Shown piece by piece: positions 28,821 through 38,932 of a DNA stretch of 64,000 bases. Within the stretch, counting starts at the first letter, position 1, and each line of letters begins with the position of its first letter. The notes beneath the pieces were generated by a model, which was not told the origin of the DNA, did no database searches, and was given only the letters and a program-made list of their open reading frames with translations. The position numbers and the translations under genes were made by a program. Where the stretch lies: NCBI GenBank assembly GCA_038816475.1, contig JAWBAI010000001.1, positions 1-64,000 of the forward strand. Reading direction: 5' to 3'. The stretch is from Desulfurococcaceae archaeon. Lineage in GTDB: Archaea > Thermoproteota > Thermoprotei_A > Sulfolobales > Desulfurococcaceae.

Positions 28821-29784
28821 TTTGCACCAGCCAACATCGTACATAGTGACCGCTTTTGTTTACCTCCATGAGAGGAGGCTCAGTTCTACATTTGTTTTCG
28901 TCTCTTAGAGGGCATCTAGCGTAAAGAGGGCATTCGTTTGATGGTTGAGAGAAGTCGAGAGGTTCGCCGGGAAATGGTTTAAGAGGTTTCATGTGTCCTA
29001 ACACCGGAGTCGTCTCTAGAAGCATTATAGTGTATGGATGCATAGGCGTTCTCGTAATATCGCTTACTTCACCTATTTCAACTATTTTCCCTGCGTACAT
29101 TACCGCTATTCTATTGCACACTCTTTGAGCTACAGGTATTTCATGAGTAACCATGATGAGTGTGAGATTATGTTCTCTAACCAGCTTATCAAGTAAGCTT
29201 AAGATCTGGTACTTGAGGTGAGCGTCAACGGAGGATGTGGGCTCATCTGCCACTAATATACGAGCACCGGACGCCAGAGCTAAGGCTATTGTAACTCTTT
29301 GTTGCATTCCACCACTAAGCTCGTGCGGATATCTATCTAGCACATCTTTACTTAAACCAACGATTTGTAAATACCTATGAGCTACTCTCACCGAGTCTTT
29401 CTCATTTATCCTATGGAGGTTTCTAAGCATGTAGTAAAAGTGGTCTTTGATTGTAAGGTACGGATTTAAACTTGTACCTGGGTTCTGTGGAATGTAACTA
29501 ACAAGCTTACCTCTAACACCGTTGAACAATCGGTTATCTCCATCTATTACTAGTTTACCGAAGATGTAAAGTTTACCAGCTGTTAAACTATGAGGTGGGA
29601 TTACTCCTGCTATAGCATTTGCTAGTGTTGTTTTCCCACACCCGCTTTCTCCGATGAGGCAAAAGGTTTCTCTCTCCATGATTTCAAGATCTACGTTTCT
29701 AACTACCCATAGAGGTACATCATCTTCTCGGAGATACCCTATGCTCAATTTCTCGGCTTTAACAGCTAAAACCAAAGTTTCCAC
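28807..29784 (-). CDS. Peptide ABC transporter ATP-binding protein (OppD-like)
   Basis: GESGCGKT, YPHELSGGMQQR, ADEPT, HPYT and the C-terminal Cys cluster. Confidence 0.93.
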   Translation of the reverse strand: METLVLAVKAEKLSIGYLREDDVPLWVVRNVDLEIMERETFCLIGESGCGKTTLANAIAGVIPPHSLTAGKLYIFGKLVIDGDNRLFNGVRGKLVSYIPQNPGTSLNPYLTIKDHFYYMLRNLHRINEKDSVRVAHRYLQIVGLSKDVLDRYPHELSGGMQQRVTIALALASGARILVADEPTSSVDAHLKYQILSLLDKLVREHNLTLIMVTHEIPVAQRVCNRIAVMYAGKIVEIGEVSDITRTPMHPYTIMLLETTPVLGHMKPLKPFPGEPLDFSQPSNECPLYARCPLRDENKCRTEPPLMEVNKSGHYVRCWLVQNGKR

Positions 29785-30656
29785 CTTCTTCTCAATCTAG
29801 GGTCTAATTCTTCTCGTAGCGAGTCTGCTATGAGGCTGAAACCGAGCGTGGTTGTAAGGATCAGAGCACCTGGCGTTACTCCAAGCCATGGAGCAACCCT
29901 GAACAGTTCAACCGCGTAGTTGCTTACAGCCTCGTACAGCATAACTCCCCAGTCGGGAGAGCCGGGCGGGAGACCGAGCCCTAGAAAGTTGATAGCAGAC
30001 GCCTCCAGTAGAACACTACCCATGTCCGATATAGCCTGAACAAGCATTGGCTGTAACAGGTTTCTAATAACGTGCCTACCCAATATTCTAAATGAGCTTA
30101 AGCCGGTGAGCTTGGCGAGTACCACGTACTCCATTTCCACTATACTTTTAGCGTAAACATACGCTATTCTCGCATACCAAGCCCACCAGACTAGTACGAG
30201 TGATACTATAACCACGTGTAACCCAAGTCCCGTACTCATCCTTAGCAGTAGTGCTACGATGATGGTTGGTATAGCCATGAAGAGCTCTATGAAGTAGTTT
30301 AAAACAGCGTCTGCAATACCCTTAAAGTAAGCAGCGAGAACACCGATGGTTATTCCGATTAATAAACTCAAGCAAATAACCAGCGAAACTTGCAGCAGCG
30401 CTGTTCTTGTCGCTAATAGAACCCTTGAGAGAACATCTCTACCCATGTGATCTGTTCCCAATGGATGAGCAAACGATGGAGGTTGACACCCTCTTAACAG
30501 CGTACGTTCATCCACATACCCATAGCCTTCAAGCGGGTATGGAGCTATGTAAGGTGCTAGAACAGCAATTACCGTAAGGACCCCTACAATAGCTACACCG
30601 ACCTTAAACGTCTTCCTTCTTCGAGCTCTGGTGAAAATCCGTAGCGTAAAACTCAC
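29766..30656 (-). CDS. Peptide ABC transporter permease (OppC-like)
   Basis: HPLGTDHMGRDVLSR, FLGLG..PDWG and LREELDPR motifs. Confidence 0.93.
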   Translation of the reverse strand: MSFTLRIFTRARRRKTFKVGVAIVGVLTVIAVLAPYIAPYPLEGYGYVDERTLLRGCQPPSFAHPLGTDHMGRDVLSRVLLATRTALLQVSLVICLSLLIGITIGVLAAYFKGIADAVLNYFIELFMAIPTIIVALLLRMSTGLGLHVVIVSLVLVWWAWYARIAYVYAKSIVEMEYVVLAKLTGLSSFRILGRHVIRNLLQPMLVQAISDMGSVLLEASAINFLGLGLPPGSPDWGVMLYEAVSNYAVELFRVAPWLGVTPGALILTTTLGFSLIADSLREELDPRLRRRWKLWF

Positions 30657-30665
30657 TTGATCACC

Positions 30666-31691
30666 CTACAGTCTTACCCTTGGGTCTATGTATGATTGCA
30701 GAACATCAACAAGAGTGTTCACCACAATGAAGAACATTGCAACGTAGGTGATCAGACCGACAGCGACTCTGAAATCAGTTTCGCGTATACTGGTAAGAAG
30801 TAATTGACCAAGTCCTTCTCTACCGAGCACTGCTTCAACTACCATTGCATCGACTAGACTGTAAGCGAAGGAGAGTCCAGCGATCTGCACCACTGGCGGT
30901 ATAATGGATCTCAAGATGTACGCTCTTAGAATAGTTGACTTGTCGATCCCCCATGCAACAGCAGCTTTCACGTAGTCTTCCAGAAGAGACTCGGCTACAA
31001 GTGTTCTCACAACTCTACTGAGTGTTCCGATCGGATATACGGATACAGCTATGCAGGCCGGTATCATTCTAGTGAGAACGTCCATGAAAACAATCCAGTT
31101 ACCCTGTATCATGGAGTCAAGCAGATAAAACCCAGTGATAGGCTGAAATCCTGTTGCTACTTGAAGATACTTGGATATCCTGCCGTAGGGTTTTAACCCT
31201 GTTATTGAGAACAATGCGAGCAAAACGGTGGCAAACCAAAAGGACGGTGTACTAGCTAATATTACTCCCATAGACATGACAACCTGGTCTACAATGCTTC
31301 CTCTTTTCAAAGCAGCGTAGAAGCCGAGGAATACTCCAAGTGGTATAGCGAGTGCGTATGTAAAAACGAGGAGCTCAAGGGTTGAAGTAAAACCCGTGTA
31401 TATGACTTGTGTAATTGGCTGTTTAGTTGCTATACTTAAGCCGAGATTACCCGTTAAAACATTCCATGCGAAATTTAAAACTTGCACGTGCAATGGTTTA
31501 TCAAGTCCCAGCTCCCTTCTTGCGAGCTCAATAGCTTCAGTGGCTCCAGGTCCTCTGGGGTTTCCAGCCCATTTAACAGCAGGATCTCCTGGTGTAGTAA
31601 TAAGAATAATGTAGGAGATGATGGCTACTCCGATTATCACTAAAAACGATACAATCAATCTTTTAACTACGTAGTTTAAGCTGACGGGCAA
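30666..31691 (-). CDS. Peptide ABC transporter permease (OppB-like)
   Basis: PGDPA, LGLDKPL, EDYVKAA, GLGQL and YIDPR motifs. Confidence 0.93.
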   Translation of the reverse strand: MPVSLNYVVKRLIVSFLVIIGVAIISYIILITTPGDPAVKWAGNPRGPGATEAIELARRELGLDKPLHVQVLNFAWNVLTGNLGLSIATKQPITQVIYTGFTSTLELLVFTYALAIPLGVFLGFYAALKRGSIVDQVVMSMGVILASTPSFWFATVLLALFSITGLKPYGRISKYLQVATGFQPITGFYLLDSMIQGNWIVFMDVLTRMIPACIAVSVYPIGTLSRVVRTLVAESLLEDYVKAAVAWGIDKSTILRAYILRSIIPPVVQIAGLSFAYSLVDAMVVEAVLGREGLGQLLLTSIRETDFRVAVGLITYVAMFFIVVNTLVDVLQSYIDPRVRL

Positions 31692-33374
31692 TTAGGATCT
31701 TACCTTAACAAGCTCGAATCTTATAACGTACATGTAGAAGGGGCTTAATGCTTCACCGGGCACTTCGAGTCTTGGTGAGTACGCATAGGGTCTCACATCG
31801 TCCCACAATCCGATGGCAACAGCCTCTCTGTACACCAGGTACTGTGCTTGAGTGTACATTTCCATAGCTTTCCCGTAGTCTACTCCCTCCAGATACCATG
31901 CTTCATCAATAAGCTTATCTAACTCCGGGTTCTCGTAGCCAGCGAAATTCCAGGCTTTAGACTCACTGTGGAACATCGTGTAGAGGTAATCGTATGGTGA
32001 AAGCATAGTAGGCCACCAGTCTGCTATAATGATGTGTGGGGTTTTTTCGGGGTTTTCCCATATGCCTCTAGCTATGTCTCTAAGAGCCTCCCAGCTTTGA
32101 GGATTAAGTTCAACCCTTATGCCGAGCTCTCTTTCAATAGTAGACTTAAGGAACTCTGCAAAGGCTTTTGTCTCCTCGTAGTCCACCTGGTACAAGACTT
32201 CTATAGTTAAGGGTAATTTGACGTTTGAGAGTTCAAGATACTCTTTAGCCTTAGTTACATTGTACTCGTAGCTCAACTTCTCCACATATCCTGGGAATCC
32301 ACGTGGAATTACACCACTTGCTGGGTAAGCCATACCCATGAGAGCTGTTTGCACAAACAACTCGACATTTACAGTGTGTGCTATTGCTAAGCGGAAGTAA
32401 GTTATGTTTGTGGGATAACGACGTGTATTGAAGAACAGCAGGAAGTTCCTGAAAGTAGATATATTTAGAATTCTATACCCGTTTTCTATGGCGAGTGGCA
32501 CGGTTCTCCTCGGTATACAGCAAGCTATGTCTATTTCACCTGCGATTAGTCCATGGTACTGCGCCTCGGGATCTCTTACGATCTTTATAATAATGACATC
32601 GGGAGCATCAGGATTGTTCACCTCTCTCCAACCCCACCACTCGTTAAATTTCTCTAACCTAATCTCGTGCTTAGGATCATAGTGTACTAGTCTATAAGGA
32701 CCCGTACCGATGGCGTTTCCAGCATTGAACCAATCCTCTAGCTTTCTATCCATGTAGTTTATAGCTCCGCTCTTTTCAAGAGCTGTGGGTGAAAATATGT
32801 ATGCTGCGTATGTTGAAGCTACTAGTAAGTCAAGCCTTTGTGGATAACTCAACTTGAATTTTATCGTGTACTCATCTACGATTTCTATTTCTTCAACAGC
32901 ATCCCAAATGTACCCTAATCCTCTACCCTCAGCTCGGTATATGTCTCTGGCTCTCTCAATGCTTAGTTTTACTGCTGTTGCATTAAATGATGTTCCATCG
33001 TGAAAAACAACGTCTCTTCTAAGGTAAAACGTCCACTCAGTTCCATCCTCGTTTACTTCCCATCTTACAGCTAACCTAGGTTTTACTTCACCAGTTGTGT
33101 GGTCGTAGTAGGTGAGTGTTTCATATACTGTTCCAATTACGATCAATCCAGTATCATCTTCTACGCTGGGGTCTATTCCTGTTACGGTATCACTGTAAGC
33201 GTAGACAACTACTCTTAGTGGTCTTGGAGTAGTTGGTTTAGTTAAAACAAGCATCAATGAAATAACCACTATGGTTACAACTAATACCCCTACAATTATA
33301 TAGGGTAGCCTGGGTCTCAATTCTAACCCCAATCCCCCCTTATGTTCTAGAATAAACCCCGGGCTTTTAAGCAC
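31692..33374 (-). CDS. Peptide ABC transporter substrate-binding protein (family 5)
   Basis: N-terminal TM anchor, YETL, PRLA..W, LRRDVVFHDGT and IGTGPY motifs. True start is probably TTG near 33320-33332. Confidence 0.93.
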   Translation of the reverse strand: MLKSPGFILEHKGGLGLELRPRLPYIIVGVLVVTIVVISLMLVLTKPTTPRPLRVVVYAYSDTVTGIDPSVEDDTGLIVIGTVYETLTYYDHTTGEVKPRLAVRWEVNEDGTEWTFYLRRDVVFHDGTSFNATAVKLSIERARDIYRAEGRGLGYIWDAVEEIEIVDEYTIKFKLSYPQRLDLLVASTYAAYIFSPTALEKSGAINYMDRKLEDWFNAGNAIGTGPYRLVHYDPKHEIRLEKFNEWWGWREVNNPDAPDVIIIKIVRDPEAQYHGLIAGEIDIACCIPRRTVPLAIENGYRILNISTFRNFLLFFNTRRYPTNITYFRLAIAHTVNVELFVQTALMGMAYPASGVIPRGFPGYVEKLSYEYNVTKAKEYLELSNVKLPLTIEVLYQVDYEETKAFAEFLKSTIERELGIRVELNPQSWEALRDIARGIWENPEKTPHIIIADWWPTMLSPYDYLYTMFHSESKAWNFAGYENPELDKLIDEAWYLEGVDYGKAMEMYTQAQYLVYREAVAIGLWDDVRPYAYSPRLEVPGEALSPFYMYVIRFELVKVRS

Positions 33375-33480
33375 ACTACCTCGTCCTCATTGGGAATTTT
33401 AAATTAGCTGTAATAAATGTTCTAGTGAGTCAACAAAAAGGAGTCGTGAAGTATTTAAAAACTTGATTAAATAGTAAAAA

Positions 33481-35445
33481 ATGGGGGTCTTTATGGAAGT
33501 GCGTGGTTATAAATCGCTGTTCATAGATGTATCGGCTAGGAAAAGCTGGGTTGAAGACTTCGACTTGAAAGATGTTCATGGCCCTGTTGAACTCGGCGTT
33601 AAACTTCATCTTGAGAGATTCGAGAGCTGGAGAAAACCAGTATATCATCCTGATAATGCACTGGTATTGGGAACAGGCTTGTTCGCCGGCTCGAAGCTCT
33701 ATGGTACACACAGGTTTGTTGCTGTGTTTAGAAGTCCTATGACACACGGTCTTCATGTATCAGCGATGGGTGGTGCAGCATATCAGTTTAACGTTAATGC
33801 ACACGCTATCGTCATTACTGGTTATAGCAGAGACCCAGTTATCATCAAGGTATTCGATGATGGAAGCGGAGAAGTCTTAGTAGACTTTTACGAACAACCG
33901 TTGGAAAAGATCACAGCTGTATGGAGAGGGTATAACCAGGAGAAAGGGGTGTATGCACTTCAAAACTACCTAGTAGACCTGTTTAAAGACTTCTTCGAGA
34001 AATACGTTAGCAGGTGTATTTTGGTAGGCCCTGGCTCAATGTATAGCAACACCGGAGCGCTTGTCTCGTTAACCCTGGTAAAGGGCAAAATAGACTATGG
34101 GAGCGAGGATTACGCAGCACGTGGTGGCGGTGGTAGCGTACTATTCAGAGCGCACAACGTAGTAGCTATTGTATACGGTGGACTCTATAATAGGGCATCC
34201 AAGCTTCCACAGATGATAACAGATATATCGCATATCAACAGGTTTTTCCAGGAGAACCTTGGTAAGCCGTATACTCACGCTGTTATTGAAGCTGGCGTAA
34301 AGTACAGGTACGATCCTAAGTTGAATACCGGTGGAACGCTAGGAGGAAACTATCCACACTTGGGAGTTACAACTCCAATGTTAAACTGGAACATTATAAA
34401 CCTGGATAAATCGACAAGACAAAAACTGCACGAGTTAATAATGAAGAACATATGGGAGCCGTTTAACAAGGAAGCAATTGAAACCAGGAGCTGGAAGACG
34501 TGTGGAGAACCATGTCCACTAGCTTGCAAGAAGGTTAGAAAAAGCAGATTTAAATCGGATTATGAGCCGTACAACGGTCTTGGCCCCTTCATCGGCATCT
34601 TCGACATACATGAAGCCGAGAAAGTGGTTGAACTGGCAGACGCGTACGGTATAGACGCAATTGAACTTGGATACATCATTGGGTTCATCTTCGAGTGTCT
34701 TGCACGTGGATTGCTAAAGCCCGAGGAATTAGGTGTATCGGGATCTCCGGTTCTTGATCCAGCGAAGATCTCTGTGGAGACATCAAAGTTGAACTCGAAA
34801 CTAGCAGTAGAGATTGTTGAAAAGCTGGCTTCTGGATCTAACCCTATAATAAGATTGATAGCTGAAAGGGGTATTAGAGACGCGGCAAAAGTTTTGGACA
34901 TACTCTACGCCGAGAGAGTGAACGCTCTAGGAATAAAATTCAGTGATATCCCTGTGTATGCAGTCTTCGGTGAACGCGGGCACATAAGCCCCAACTACTA
35001 CTGGACACCCGGGTTAGTTGCACCATTATATGTCCTTGGCAAGTACTGGACGGTGTACTCCGGCGTATTCACTGAACCAGAAGACTTCGCAGTTAAGTGC
35101 ATCGAGAGAGTAGCGTACGAGTTAATGGTTGAAAACGCAGGTGTATGCAGATTCCACAGAGGATGGGCTGAGAAGATTTTACCCAAGCTATTAGAGGAGG
35201 TATTTGGAGTAAAGGAACCGCTTAAAAGAGCCCTAGAAGTATACAAGCTCATCGCAAAGTACCAAGAACTAGCCGGAGCAAGACCAGAGGTCTGGGATTC
35301 ATCCAGAATACTGACCTTCATGGCTAAAGCTGCACGAGAATACGGTAATACCAAGTGGGCTGAAGCCTTTGAAAAGGACACGGTTTCAGCAGCGTATGAA
35401 TGGTGGAGTAGATTCTACAGGAAAGTAAACGAACTAGTCAAATAA
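33481..35445 (+). CDS. gor: Glyceraldehyde-3-phosphate:ferredoxin oxidoreductase (tungsten AOR family)
   Basis: About 654 aa with SAMGGA, AARGGGGS, KYRYDPKLNTGGT.GGNY, TCGEPCPLACKK, DYEPY, WTPG and CRFHRGW motifs. Confidence 0.9.
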   Translation: MGVFMEVRGYKSLFIDVSARKSWVEDFDLKDVHGPVELGVKLHLERFESWRKPVYHPDNALVLGTGLFAGSKLYGTHRFVAVFRSPMTHGLHVSAMGGAAYQFNVNAHAIVITGYSRDPVIIKVFDDGSGEVLVDFYEQPLEKITAVWRGYNQEKGVYALQNYLVDLFKDFFEKYVSRCILVGPGSMYSNTGALVSLTLVKGKIDYGSEDYAARGGGGSVLFRAHNVVAIVYGGLYNRASKLPQMITDISHINRFFQENLGKPYTHAVIEAGVKYRYDPKLNTGGTLGGNYPHLGVTTPMLNWNIINLDKSTRQKLHELIMKNIWEPFNKEAIETRSWKTCGEPCPLACKKVRKSRFKSDYEPYNGLGPFIGIFDIHEAEKVVELADAYGIDAIELGYIIGFIFECLARGLLKPEELGVSGSPVLDPAKISVETSKLNSKLAVEIVEKLASGSNPIIRLIAERGIRDAAKVLDILYAERVNALGIKFSDIPVYAVFGERGHISPNYYWTPGLVAPLYVLGKYWTVYSGVFTEPEDFAVKCIERVAYELMVENAGVCRFHRGWAEKILPKLLEEVFGVKEPLKRALEVYKLIAKYQELAGARPEVWDSSRILTFMAKAAREYGNTKWAEAFEKDTVSAAYEWWSRFYRKVNELVK

Positions 35446-35574
35446 TAAGCTACTAAGAGTAGCTACGTAGCTTCAGCTTATTTTTTCATTTGCCGATAGA
35501 TCTCCGAGTTCGAGTTGTGTTTAAAAGAGTAGTAGTTTTTCGAATTATAATGGTTGAATAATGGTTGAGTCTGA

Positions 35575-37836
35575 ATGAGTTTTATTTACATGCATCGCGA
35601 GAACATAAGATGCGTTGCCACGCTACTGGCTAAAGCAATAAGTAAAGTTCTCCATGTAGATGAAAACTACGTTTTCGAGCTGATAAATACTGGTAAAATA
35701 CGTGTTCAACCAACTCCGGATCCCATGCTTGGTGACTATGGTTTTGCAATACATGTGTTGTTATTGAAGAATGTAGATAGAGCGGAATGGGACATTGTAG
35801 GCTCCTCCATAACGAGGGAACTACTAGCATCAAAGGAGCAGTGCAATGTTGAAGACGCAAGCTTCATAAATGGATATGTAAACGTAACCTTCAACTACAG
35901 CGAGATGCTGATAAAAATAGCAACAGACTGGTATACTGGAGAACTTAACAGGAGGCTTCTTACCGTGGGAAAAGGTACAAATGTGATTGTCGAGCATACT
36001 AGTGCAAACCCTGTTCACCCACTGCACATAGGAAGTGGAAGAAACAGTGTAATTGGCGACACCTATTCAAGGCTTCTCAGAAGACTAGGTTTTAACGTAA
36101 AAACAAGGTTCTACGTGAATGATCTCGGAAGACAAGTAGCTATTTTAGCGTATGGTGTATCAATAGTCAGATCCAAAGGTATTGAAAAACCGGTTGACAT
36201 CAAAGTAGACCACTGGTATGGGGCCATCTACGCGCTCACAAATATATCAGTAGAGTTGAATAGACTGAAGTTTAAACTAAGGGATACTCTTAATGCTATT
36301 GTAGCTGAAGCTGAGAAAGTTCTGGAGAAAACTAAGGACATTCCCGTGGATGCTGTACGAATGGGCCTCATAGAGTACCTGAAGCCTCTGGTATCTAAAC
36401 GTGGATTGAACGCCAATATCCTAAAGCAAGTTAAAAGTGCTCATAAGTTCCTAAATGAGGTTCTCAGTAGCACCAGTAACGAGCAAGTAAAGAGTACGTT
36501 AAAGCATCTGCTCGAGTTGCTGAATGAGTTTAGAAGCATGTACAGCGAGTACTTAACATACGTGAAAGCAGAGGCTAGATTAGCGTACCTTTTCCCAGAG
36601 TTGCATCTTGCAGTAAAGTCAAGCATTAAAAACTACGTAGAAGCAGAGGATGCAATTAAGGAACTTATGATAAGAGCAGAGCGCGGTGACCCTGATGCGG
36701 TAACCTTGTTCAGAGGCATAGCGGAGGATGTTCTAAACGGATTTAAAGAAACCCTTTCCCAAATAGGCATATCATTCGACGGATTCGATTATGAATCAAG
36801 TGATGAAGTAGTTAAGCTCGCCCATGCTATAGTCGAAGAACTCCTGAAAACACCGTATGCGAGACTTGTCAACGGAGCAGTAGAAGTTGACCTCAATAGC
36901 GCAGCCGATGCGTACGAGTACGTTAAAAACCTCTTCTACCCAGATCAGCCCGGGAGGTTCATTGTAAGAAGAAGTGATGGAACAACTCTGTACGTTACAC
37001 GAGACATAGCTTACACTGTACATAAGTTCAGGAGCCTTGGTGCAGACGAGGTCTACAATGTCATAGCTGTGGAACAGTCCAGGGAGCAAAAGCAGCTAAA
37101 AGCAGTACTCTACATCTTGGGGTTTAAGCAAGAAGCAGAGAAACTTCATCATTTTGGGTACGAAATGGTTCACCTAAAGGGTATGAGGATGAGTGGTAGG
37201 AGAGGTATTTACTACACATTGGACGAACTGCTCATGGATGCTGAATCGGTGATCACCCAAAAACTGGCAGAGAAAGAGCCTGGAATAAACGTGGACTCGG
37301 ACGAGGTGAGATCACTTGCGAAGAGCTTGGCTGTAGCTAACGTAAGAGCACTTCTACTATCGGTGGAGCCATCCAAGGTTCTCGTATTCGACACTGAGAA
37401 AATTGAAACCACCGACTATGCATCTATACTAGAGTACGCATTAGTCAGAGCGCAGAGTATTCTGAGAAACCTGTGGAACATTGAACCTCTAGATAACGTT
37501 GACCTAATTACAACTGAACTGAGGAAGGCGACCGAGGCTTTGATAGAACAACGAACATCTTTGAGTTTCACCACGGAGGAAAAAACACTGCTGGAGCATC
37601 TTCTAGGGTACGAGTACATTCTGCTTGAAGCTTACAGGGATCTTAAACCCAATAAAATCCTTGAGTACGCGGTTGAACTCTCTCTTAGCTTTAACAAGTT
37701 CTATGAGAAATACCCTGTTATCAAAGAACCTGATACAACGAAGAGACTGGCGAGAATAGTGTTAACAGTACTCACGCTTCTCACTCTATCAGAGCTCATG
37801 GACATCCTCGGCATGCCTAAGCTGAGAAGAATGTAG
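35575..37836 (+). CDS. argS: Arginine--tRNA ligase with a large helical insertion
   Basis: VEHTSANPVHPLHIGSGRN, YVNDLGRQ, RSDGTTLYVTRDIAY, MSGRRG, FNKFYE and C-terminal RM. Confidence 0.96.
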   Translation: MSFIYMHRENIRCVATLLAKAISKVLHVDENYVFELINTGKIRVQPTPDPMLGDYGFAIHVLLLKNVDRAEWDIVGSSITRELLASKEQCNVEDASFINGYVNVTFNYSEMLIKIATDWYTGELNRRLLTVGKGTNVIVEHTSANPVHPLHIGSGRNSVIGDTYSRLLRRLGFNVKTRFYVNDLGRQVAILAYGVSIVRSKGIEKPVDIKVDHWYGAIYALTNISVELNRLKFKLRDTLNAIVAEAEKVLEKTKDIPVDAVRMGLIEYLKPLVSKRGLNANILKQVKSAHKFLNEVLSSTSNEQVKSTLKHLLELLNEFRSMYSEYLTYVKAEARLAYLFPELHLAVKSSIKNYVEAEDAIKELMIRAERGDPDAVTLFRGIAEDVLNGFKETLSQIGISFDGFDYESSDEVVKLAHAIVEELLKTPYARLVNGAVEVDLNSAADAYEYVKNLFYPDQPGRFIVRRSDGTTLYVTRDIAYTVHKFRSLGADEVYNVIAVEQSREQKQLKAVLYILGFKQEAEKLHHFGYEMVHLKGMRMSGRRGIYYTLDELLMDAESVITQKLAEKEPGINVDSDEVRSLAKSLAVANVRALLLSVEPSKVLVFDTEKIETTDYASILEYALVRAQSILRNLWNIEPLDNVDLITTELRKATEALIEQRTSLSFTTEEKTLLEHLLGYEYILLEAYRDLKPNKILEYAVELSLSFNKFYEKYPVIKEPDTTKRLARIVLTVLTLLTLSELMDILGMPKLRRM

Positions 37837-37846
37837 TGAATCCTCA

Positions 37847-38725
37847 ATGCGAGTTGATTGGCAACTACTCTTATACATTGTAGTTATCTGGATAGCGATT
37901 AGCTCTGCCAGTATACTCGTCTTACTATCAGGTGCGGTTGCAGAAGCATGCGCGTTCTGGCGGCTTCTTCTATCGTCTCTGTTGATACTTCTACTCAAAT
38001 ACATTAGAAGTAGAGGAAATAATCGTGGAGTTCCCAGAATACAAGTACACCACGCGATCTCGGGTATCATGCTTGCTCTTCACTTTATTCTGTGGATGAA
38101 AAGTTTATTCATGATAAAAGTGTACGTGAGCACACTTCTCGTAACGCTTTATCCTATGTACGCTCTAGTGATAGATGCACTGATCTACAAGCATAAGCTG
38201 AGTAAGTTCCAGGTAACAGGCGTAGTTATGATAACTCTTCTAGTTGCCTTATACCTGGATGTGCATGAACTTGTACTTGAGACCGGTGTTTTCTACGCTC
38301 TCCTAGCAGGAGTATCATGTGCAGTATACTTCGAGATTGGCAGCTACGCTAGGTCAAGGTTGAGGGAGAATGCACTAGATTACGCGTTTAGCACATACCT
38401 AGTAGCATCTTTCTTTGTTTGGTTATACTCCACGATTACAGGGTCAAACTTATACATCTACTCTATATCCACATATGCTTACTTTCTTCTACTAGCCCTT
38501 GTTCCTATGATTCTTGGTCACACACTCATGAACTATCTTCTAGGGAAGTACCCGGCCTCTCTAGTAACATTGATCAGTTACGGCGAACCCTTTGGCGCAG
38601 GCCTTCTCGCCTTCATAATCCTTGGGCAATCGGTAGCATCTTCACAAGTCCTCTTCGGGATTGTGATTATTTCATTGATCATTCTCATATCAACGTACCA
38701 AGGTCACACTAAGGGTTTGCAATGA
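37847..38725 (+). CDS. DMT/EamA family transporter
   Basis: About 10 TM helices, with AFWRL, LALHF..W, GHTLMN and GEP motifs. Confidence 0.9.
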   Translation: MRVDWQLLLYIVVIWIAISSASILVLLSGAVAEACAFWRLLLSSLLILLLKYIRSRGNNRGVPRIQVHHAISGIMLALHFILWMKSLFMIKVYVSTLLVTLYPMYALVIDALIYKHKLSKFQVTGVVMITLLVALYLDVHELVLETGVFYALLAGVSCAVYFEIGSYARSRLRENALDYAFSTYLVASFFVWLYSTITGSNLYIYSISTYAYFLLLALVPMILGHTLMNYLLGKYPASLVTLISYGEPFGAGLLAFIILGQSVASSQVLFGIVIISLIILISTYQGHTKGLQ

Positions 38726-38932
38726 ATTAGCTCAACTGTCATTTATGTGAAACAATAAAACAATGATGCGGAACACGGAGATCTGCGGCAAACGTGTTCT
38801 ACTGGACATTCCGTGCGAGTTTTCTCGTTCATCAACCAGGAGTATAAGGCTCGGAGACGCATGTACGGTTGTCTTTATTGCTTTATCAGCTAACAAGGGA
38901 TTTTTATTCACAGGATAGGTGAAATCGTCTGT

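Noticed and set aside
38800-38860. Resemblance to a hammerhead core (UGAUGA...GAA) and to the Moco-RNA word CUCCGAGC on the minus strand
   Set aside because: There is no CUGAUGA/GAAA at the correct spacing. The Moco-like word is antisense to moeA and too short to be significant.
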